Origin: a virus
IMG/VR virus record: IMGVR_UViG_3300036846_001448
Location: 1 to 45,122 of that record
Strand: one strand, 5' to 3'
DNA: 45,122 nt
The position numbers and the translations under genes are program-made. Shown here in pieces: positions 40,226 through 45,122 of the stretch; the stretch's first letter is position 1, and every line of letters starts with the position of its first letter. The notes under the pieces were generated by a model that was given only the letters and a program-made list of their open reading frames with translations, ran no database searches and was not told where the DNA came from.

Positions 40226-40243
40226 CCCCTGATGCCCGTAAGA
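40226..40243 (+). promoter_or_regulatory. Conserved intergenic motif, copy 3 (CCCCTGATGCCCGTAAGA), identical to 44011-44028
   Basis: 18/18 identity. Followed, as in copy 4, by CCCTAC about 12 nt downstream and then the start codon (ATG 40263). Confidence 0.45.
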
Positions 40244-40262
40244 GAGGCCGCCTGGCCCTACG

Positions 40263-40715
40263 ATGGCGTCTATGGCCGCCATTCTCGCCGTCCGCCATTC
40301 TGACATCCTGGGAGCTCCCAATGCCGGGGAGCTGATCGACCAGTACGCTTCTGAGTGTGCGGTGGATATCCATCCCCAGGCGGAGCAGTATGCCCAGATG
40401 GAACAAGTCGGCGCTCTGCAGTGCTTCGGGGTATATGAGGATGGTCCCACTCTGGTGGGCTTCGCCTCCATCCTCAGCGCGGTGATGCCCCACAACGGGC
40501 TCAAGGTGGGGACGGTAGAATCAATCTTCGTCGCCGATGGCTACCGCCGCGGACTCTCCATCAAATTGCTCGATTTCCTCGAGGACTATGCCGAGCACGC
40601 CGGCTGCGTGACCCTGCTCTACAACGTACGCGTGGGCAGCGCCTTGGAGAAAGTGCTTTCCCGGCGGCCCAAGTGCACCCATACTCATGCCATCTACTCG
40701 AGGTGGTTCCAATGA
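40263..40715 (+). CDS. GNAT-family N-acetyltransferase
   Basis: 150 aa. VGFASILSAVMPHNGLKVGTVESIFVADGYRRGLSIKLLDFLEDYAEHAG is the acetyl-CoA-binding beta4-alpha3 region pattern of GNATs. Confidence 0.65.
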   Translation: MASMAAILAVRHSDILGAPNAGELIDQYASECAVDIHPQAEQYAQMEQVGALQCFGVYEDGPTLVGFASILSAVMPHNGLKVGTVESIFVADGYRRGLSIKLLDFLEDYAEHAGCVTLLYNVRVGSALEKVLSRRPKCTHTHAIYSRWFQ

Positions 40716-41197
40716 GCGAATCGATTCAACCCTCTAACCATCGGGTCGTGCGGTTTCCCGGCCGCCTGCCGGCGCCCTCGGCCGCGGCACTCGATGTGAT
40801 CATGAACGCCCAGTCGTTCATTTTCTCTCTGCCCCAGATTCCTATGCCCACCGAGCACGTACTCCATGCCGGACTGTACGTGCGCACCATCCGCATGCTT
40901 GACGGCAACGTGGTCATCGGGTCGCTGATCCGCCTGCCCACGGTAGTGATCCTCAACGGGCCCTGCTCGGTGCTGGCCGGCGACGGAGTGGCCGAGTACG
41001 AAGGCTATAACGTGATTCCCGGATCCGCGGGCAGAAAGAGCGTGTTTGTGGCCCGCGGAGACGTGGATCTGACCATGATCTTTTCCACCCGGGCGCAGTC
41101 GATCGAAGATGCCGAGAATGAAGTGTTCGCGGAAGCTGATCTGCTGATGTCGCGGAATGATGATTCGCTCGACACGGTGGTGATCACTGGAGAGTAA
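40712..41197 (+). CDS. Hypothetical beta-rich (cupin-like?) protein (161 aa)
   Basis: ATG 40712 overlaps the GNAT stop (ATGA). HVLHAGLYVRTIRMLDGNVVIGSLIRLPTVVILNGPCSVLAGDG... Confidence 0.5.
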   Translation: MSESIQPSNHRVVRFPGRLPAPSAAALDVIMNAQSFIFSLPQIPMPTEHVLHAGLYVRTIRMLDGNVVIGSLIRLPTVVILNGPCSVLAGDGVAEYEGYNVIPGSAGRKSVFVARGDVDLTMIFSTRAQSIEDAENEVFAEADLLMSRNDDSLDTVVITGE

Positions 41198-41208
41198 TGA
41201 CGTAGTGG

Positions 41209-41234
41209 CGTCATGAAGGAGTGAAGCTATGGCG
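41209..41234 (+). repeat. 26-nt translation-initiation cassette, copy 2 (identical to 1599-1624)
   Basis: Exact identity. Preceded by the hairpin ATGACG-tagtgg-CGTCAT (41197-41214). Confidence 0.9.
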
Positions 41235-41564
41235 GGTTCGATAGCGGCAACCACGGCGGCGATAGCCGCCGCCAGCCTGGGCTATGGGATTTACTCCGGC
41301 CAGAAGGCCCAGGCCGGCCAGCAGAAGGCCCTGGCCCTGCAGAAGACCGGCCAGCAGCAGGCGGTACAGTCGGCTTTGTCGACCCAGCGCCAGGGGGCCA
41401 TCGCCCAGAATGCGGCCAACCAAAAAGCTCCGGACGTCGCCTCCATCCTGCAGCGCGCGGCGCTCGCGGCTAAGGGTGGGATGGGCTCGACCATGCTCAC
41501 GGGCGCGGGCGGGATCCAGCCGGGGATGTTGAACCTGGGCAAGACTAGTTTGTTGGGGAGCTAA
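41229..41564 (+). CDS. Small Ala/Gln-rich protein with an N-terminal hydrophobic segment (111 aa), probable virion or membrane-associated protein upstream of the portal
   Basis: MAGSIAATTAAIAAASLGYGIYSG...QQKALALQKTGQQQAV...STMLTGAGGIQPGMLNLGKTSLLGS. Strong SD. Confidence 0.55.
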   Translation: MAGSIAATTAAIAAASLGYGIYSGQKAQAGQQKALALQKTGQQQAVQSALSTQRQGAIAQNAANQKAPDVASILQRAALAAKGGMGSTMLTGAGGIQPGMLNLGKTSLLGS

Positions 41565-41565
41565 G

Positions 41566-43278
41566 ATGCCAGACGCCCACCAGATTCGCCAGAATTGTTT
41601 GAAACGCTGGGGGTCTCTGAAGACCGAGCGAGCATCCTGGTGGGCTCACTATCAGGAGATCACCTCCTATCTCTTGCCCTACAACGGCCGCTACTTCCGC
41701 CAGGATCGCAACCGCGGCTGGAAGCGCAACGCCAATATCTACGACAACACCGCCACCAAGGCCCTGCGCACCCTGGGCGCGGGGATGATGGCCGGAGCCA
41801 CGTCCCCTGCCCGGCCCTGGTTCCGGCTGTCATCTTCTGATCAGGACCTGGATCGCTATCAGCCGGTCAAGATCTGGCTCGACGACATAGCGCGCGCTAT
41901 GAACACCGTGTTCCAGAAGAGCAATACCTATCGGGCCCTCCACCAGGTCTACGAAGAGTTGGGCGCCTTCGGGACCGCGGCCACTCTGGTGCTGCCCGAC
42001 TACCTCACCGTGATCCATCACTATCCGGTCACCACCGGGGAATACTGCATCGCCGCCGATGCCAAAGGCCAGGTGTGCACCCTCTATCGGGAGTTTGAGA
42101 TGCAGGTGGCCGCGGTGATCAAAGAGTTCGGCCTGGACAAAGTTTCAACCGGGGTCAAGAACATGTACGAGAAGGGCAACGGACTCGATCAGTGGGTGCC
42201 TATTCTCCACGCCATCGAACCGCGGGCCGATCGCCAGCCAGGCAAGCTCAACGGCAAGAACATGCCCTGGGCTTCGTACTACATGGAAGTCGCGGCCGAT
42301 TCTGAATCCCTGCTGCGCGAATCCGGCTACAAGAACTTCTGCGGCCTGGTGCCGCGCTGGGCGGTAGCCGGCGGGGACGTCTACGGCAACGGACCGGGCA
42401 TGGAAGCCCTGGGGGACATCAAGCAGCTGCAGCATGAGCAGCTGAGGAAAGCCAACGCCATCGACTTTCAATCCAATCCGCCCTTGCAGGTGCCGGTGGA
42501 ATTGAAGAACAAGGAAGTCGATCTGATGCCCGGAGGCACGACCTACTACACCTTGGGCTCGCAGGTGGCGCCCATCAAATCTCTCTTCGAGGTCAATCTC
42601 AATCTGCAGTTCCTGCTCGAGGATCTGCGGGATTGTCGGGAGCGAATCAACGCATCCTTCTTCGCCGATCTCTTCATGATGATCTCGGAAGCCGGCGACC
42701 AGCCCGGCTCGCGCATGACCGCCACCGAAGTGGCGCAGCGCCAGGAAGAGAAGATGCTGATGCTGGGGCCGGTTCTCGAGCGGCTGAACAACGAGCTCTT
42801 GTATCCCCTGATCGAGAACACTTTCATTCATATGATGGCCGCCAACGCCATTCCTCCCGCGCCTCAGGAGATGGCCGGCAAAGAGCTGAGCGTCGAATTT
42901 ATCTCCGTATTCGCGCAGGCCCAGAAAGCGATCGGTACCAACAGCAGCGATCGCCTGGTGGGCTCGCTCGGAGTGGTGGCCCAGCTCAAGCAGGATGTGC
43001 TCGACAAGTTCGATGCCGATGCCTGGATCGATTCCTACTCCGACCAGCTGGGCGTCGATCCGCGCATGATTATGGCTTCGGACCAGGTGGCCATCATCCG
43101 CCAGCAGAGATCGCAGGCCCAGGCCGCCCAACAGCAGACCGCCATGCAGGAGCAGCAATCCAAGACCACCAAGAATTTGGCCGCCGCGCCGGTGGGGCAG
43201 AACAACGCCTTGGACCTGTTGAATCAATTTTCCGGCTACGGATCCCCGTCGCCGGCGCAGCCGCTGCCGCCGGCGTAG
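41566..43278 (+). CDS. Portal (head-to-tail connector) protein, podovirus/T7 gp8 type
   Basis: 570 aa. N-terminus ...RWGSLKTERASWWAHYQEITSYLLPYNGRYF...IYDNTATKALRTLGAGMMAGATSPARPWFRL. C-region SRMTATEVAQRQEEKMLMLGPVLERLNNELLYPLIENTF parallels T7 gp8 ERVTAEEIRYV..ELEDTLGGVYSILSQELQLPLV. Confidence 0.9.
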   Translation: MPDAHQIRQNCLKRWGSLKTERASWWAHYQEITSYLLPYNGRYFRQDRNRGWKRNANIYDNTATKALRTLGAGMMAGATSPARPWFRLSSSDQDLDRYQPVKIWLDDIARAMNTVFQKSNTYRALHQVYEELGAFGTAATLVLPDYLTVIHHYPVTTGEYCIAADAKGQVCTLYREFEMQVAAVIKEFGLDKVSTGVKNMYEKGNGLDQWVPILHAIEPRADRQPGKLNGKNMPWASYYMEVAADSESLLRESGYKNFCGLVPRWAVAGGDVYGNGPGMEALGDIKQLQHEQLRKANAIDFQSNPPLQVPVELKNKEVDLMPGGTTYYTLGSQVAPIKSLFEVNLNLQFLLEDLRDCRERINASFFADLFMMISEAGDQPGSRMTATEVAQRQEEKMLMLGPVLERLNNELLYPLIENTFIHMMAANAIPPAPQEMAGKELSVEFISVFAQAQKAIGTNSSDRLVGSLGVVAQLKQDVLDKFDADAWIDSYSDQLGVDPRMIMASDQVAIIRQQRSQAQAAQQQTAMQEQQSKTTKNLAAAPVGQNNALDLLNQFSGYGSPSPAQPLPPA

Positions 43279-43292
43279 GCGGCCAAGACGCT

Positions 43293-43841
43293 ATGGCCGA
43301 ACAATTGTTCCTTTACGGTCTATCGGATACACCCTGGATTCCCGTCAAGGACGGGAACGATACAACTCGTTCGATCTTCGATAGGCATTATTCTCGCTAC
43401 TTCTACAAGGATGGGCGCAATCCGCGGCTGTTTGTTGGGCCCGGACATAAGATAGTGCTACTCACCCAGAACTGTAAGGCGCTCTTTGTGTGGCGCCGAT
43501 TTCGCAGCTTTGACAATCGGATCGGGGCCAATTGTGCAGTGTTCAGAAACGAGGCTAGCGGCTATAGATCAAGCGATCTGATTCGGGCCGCTGAGCGCTG
43601 GATCGATGAATCGTGGGGAACATGCAGGCATTACACTTACGTAAACCCGGCAAAACTTCATACGGTCAAGCGGCGCGGGCGCGAAATATGCCCATGGCCC
43701 CCAGGGCGGTGCTTCCTTGAGGCGGGTTGGACTTTCTGCGGTTGGACGAAAAAACGTCACTATATGATCTTTGCGAACATGCACCCTCAGCCCCAGGTGC
43801 CGCGGGCATGCTCGGCGGCCTCTTCCTGGCTGTTGAAGTAA
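43293..43841 (+). CDS. Hypothetical protein with a GNAT-like core motif (182 aa)
   Basis: Start set to ATG 43293, because the track ORF from 42633 runs out of frame through the portal gene. KALFVWRRFRSFDNRIGANCAVFRNEASGYRSSDLIRAAERWIDESW...YTYVNPAKL...GRCFLEAGWTFCGWTKK recalls a prophage family I cannot name with certainty. Confidence 0.55.
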   Translation: MAEQLFLYGLSDTPWIPVKDGNDTTRSIFDRHYSRYFYKDGRNPRLFVGPGHKIVLLTQNCKALFVWRRFRSFDNRIGANCAVFRNEASGYRSSDLIRAAERWIDESWGTCRHYTYVNPAKLHTVKRRGREICPWPPGRCFLEAGWTFCGWTKKRHYMIFANMHPQPQVPRACSAASSWLLK

Positions 43842-43993
43842 GCCACGCGATCGCGCCCCCGCGAGACCCCATCCTCGTGCTCGACCCAGCAGGATCCCGA
43901 CCAGGCCAGCTCCGGATCGCGTGGATTGACGATCATCCAGCGTCCGAAAGTGTTGCGGATGATGTGGTAGCGCAGAGCTGTTTCGAGAGCCAT
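43787..43993 (-). CDS. Possible antisense-oriented small protein (68 aa) inside the late block
   Basis: MALETALRYHIIRNTFGRWMIVNPRDPELAWSGSCWVEHEDGVSRGRDRVAYFNSQEEAAEHARGTWG has globular composition. Overlaps the 3' end of the 43293 gene by 55 nt. The SD is weak. Confidence 0.4.
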   Translation of the reverse strand: MALETALRYHIIRNTFGRWMIVNPRDPELAWSGSCWVEHEDGVSRGRDRVAYFNSQEEAAEHARGTWG

Positions 43994-44010
43994 GGCAGCA
44001 TTCTAGTCCG

Positions 44011-44028
44011 CCCCTGATGCCCGTAAGA
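44011..44028 (+). promoter_or_regulatory. Conserved intergenic motif, copy 4 (CCCCTGATGCCCGTAAGA)
   Basis: Identical to 40226-40243. CCCTAC follows at 44042-44047, and the GTG start is at 44055. Confidence 0.45.
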
Positions 44029-44054
44029 AAGAAAACCACCCCTACAGTGGCATT

Positions 44055-44408
44055 GTGAGTTCCGCCGATCCCTTTGACCTGCCGGCCCAGCTCCACGCCC
44101 GCGAAGAACAAGTCGAGCGCGCGCGCCTGGCCCAAAGGATAGAGATCTCCGACCTCAAGTGGCTCATGGCCGATAAGCGCGGGCGCCGCTTCATCTGGCG
44201 CCTGCTCGAGCAAGCGGGTGTATTCCAGAGTTCGTTTTCTCCCAACAACGCGGTGATGGCGTTCAACGAGGGGAAGAGGAACTACGGAGTCTGGATGCTG
44301 GCGCAGATCAACGCCCATTGTCCGGAAAGCTACATCGTCATGGCCAAGGAAGCAAAAGAACTGGAGTTGACAAGTGCCCGAAACGGTGACGGCCCCAAAT
44401 CCAACTGA
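44055..44408 (+). CDS. Conserved phage protein upstream of the scaffold (117 aa)
   Basis: DLKWLMADKRGRRFIWRLLEQAGVFQSSFSPNNAVMAFNEGKRNYGVWMLAQINAHCPESYIVMAKE. The pattern recalls a family seen in BPP-1-like podoviruses (Bbp19-like), unverified. Confidence 0.55.
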   Translation: MSSADPFDLPAQLHAREEQVERARLAQRIEISDLKWLMADKRGRRFIWRLLEQAGVFQSSFSPNNAVMAFNEGKRNYGVWMLAQINAHCPESYIVMAKEAKELELTSARNGDGPKSN

Positions 44409-44982
44409 AGCCAATGCCACCGCGGCTCCGCCGGTTGCGCCTCCTCAAGAAGCGCCGCCTGCGACCCCACCGCCTGCACCACCCGCCGCTCCGCCGGCCA
44501 CCCCGCCGGCAACCCCACCGCCGGAGACGCCCGCAACTTACGAGTTCAAGGCGCCCGAAGGCAAAGAATACGACGCCCAGTTGATCGGCGCCTATTCGGA
44601 AGGGGCCAAAGCCGCTGGGCTGACGCAGGAGAAAGCGCAGCAACTGCTCGAGACTATGGCTCCGGTATTGGCGCAGCGCCAGCAGGAGCAGATCACAGCA
44701 GTGCAACAGGGCTGGATCGAATCCGCCAAAACCGACAAGGAATTCGGAGGCGACAAGTTCCAGGAAAATCTCGGCATTGCCAAGCAAGCGCTGAAGCAAT
44801 TCGGGAGCCCTGAGCTGCAGGCCCTGCTCGACCAGACCAGCCTCGGTTCACACCCCGAGGTGATTCGCCTTCTGGTCAAGGCAGGAAAAGCATTGGCCGA
44901 GGACGGATACGTCAATGGCAGCCCGCCAGCGGGCGCGGTCAAAGACGCCAAGTCCTTCTACGAAAACAGCAAGATGAGCTGA
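44374..44982 (+). CDS. Capsid scaffolding protein
   Basis: 202 aa. Pro/Ala-rich N-tail, then the helical TYEFKAPEGKEYDAQLIGAYSEGAKAAGLTQEKAQQLLETMAPVLAQRQQEQITAVQQGW... It sits immediately upstream of the capsid gene. Confidence 0.7.
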   Translation: MPETVTAPNPTEANATAAPPVAPPQEAPPATPPPAPPAAPPATPPATPPPETPATYEFKAPEGKEYDAQLIGAYSEGAKAAGLTQEKAQQLLETMAPVLAQRQQEQITAVQQGWIESAKTDKEFGGDKFQENLGIAKQALKQFGSPELQALLDQTSLGSHPEVIRLLVKAGKALAEDGYVNGSPPAGAVKDAKSFYENSKMS

Positions 44983-44995
44983 CGAGAAGGAGAGT

Positions 44996-45122
44996 ATAAG
45001 TGGCCACCCTTGATGCAACAAAATTGACCCTGGCAGACTGGGCCAAACGGCAGGATCCCGATGGGCGCACGCCCATGATCGCCGAGCTCTTGAGCCAAAG
45101 TAATGAGGTCCTCGAGGACGCT
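44996..45122. repeat. Terminal direct repeat, right copy. It contains the SD-proximal region and the first 41 codons of the capsid gene (GTG at 45000).
   Basis: Identical to 1-127. Confidence 0.95.

Noticed and set aside
40229-40241. Hammerhead-ribozyme or C/D-box reading of the CUGAUG core of the conserved motif
   Set aside because: The invariant CUGAUGA...GAAA core and flanking helices are absent, and no box D partner or terminal stem is present.
1-45122. Genome-wide TGA (or other stop) reassignment, as an explanation for the in-frame TGA at 29893
   Set aside because: TGA terminates many well-delimited genes with downstream SD/start signals (for example 1546, 9169, 16470, 24555 region, 34704). 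TAA and TAG are also used normally.

Overview
The window is one complete, closed, GC-rich phage genome. Bases 1-127 are repeated exactly at 44996-45122, so the unique length is 44,995 bp and the capsid gene at base 5 continues from the scaffold gene at the right end.

Gene content. The rightward late genes form a T7-supergroup podovirus-like virion module:
- terS/terL;
- a podovirus-type portal, a scaffold, a capsid protein and a small capsid-associated protein;
- gp11-like and gp12-like tail tube proteins;
- three internal ejection proteins: a 277-aa protein, a 712-aa M23-peptidase protein and a 2371-aa multi-module giant;
- a gp17-N-like fiber adaptor followed by two large receptor-binding-type proteins.

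The leftward early genes include:
- a YqaJ exonuclease, a zinc-finger protein and RecT;
- a winged-helix replication initiator with iterons inside its own gene, and a DnaB helicase;
- a ParA plus ribbon-helix-helix partition cassette.

A separate leftward operon carries a small serine recombinase. I could not recognise an integrase, CI-type repressor, RNA polymerase, DNA polymerase, canonical endolysin, tRNA, CRISPR array or reverse transcriptase.

Main hypotheses worth testing:
1. A plasmid-prophage (phage-plasmid) lifestyle built on ParA/RHH, a resolvase and an iteron origin.
2. A giant injected polyvalent protein with a possible ADP-ribosyltransferase-like module and an HExxH module.
3. A 540-bp structured, repeat-bearing non-coding locus between terL and the recombinase operon.
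4. A conserved 13-18-nt intergenic motif in front of rightward gene blocks.
5. Tail-fiber-position proteins that carry Sec-type signal peptides.
6. An accessory cassette that includes a gene interrupted by a single in-frame TGA.

All functional calls come from motif recognition and synteny by eye. No database search was run.
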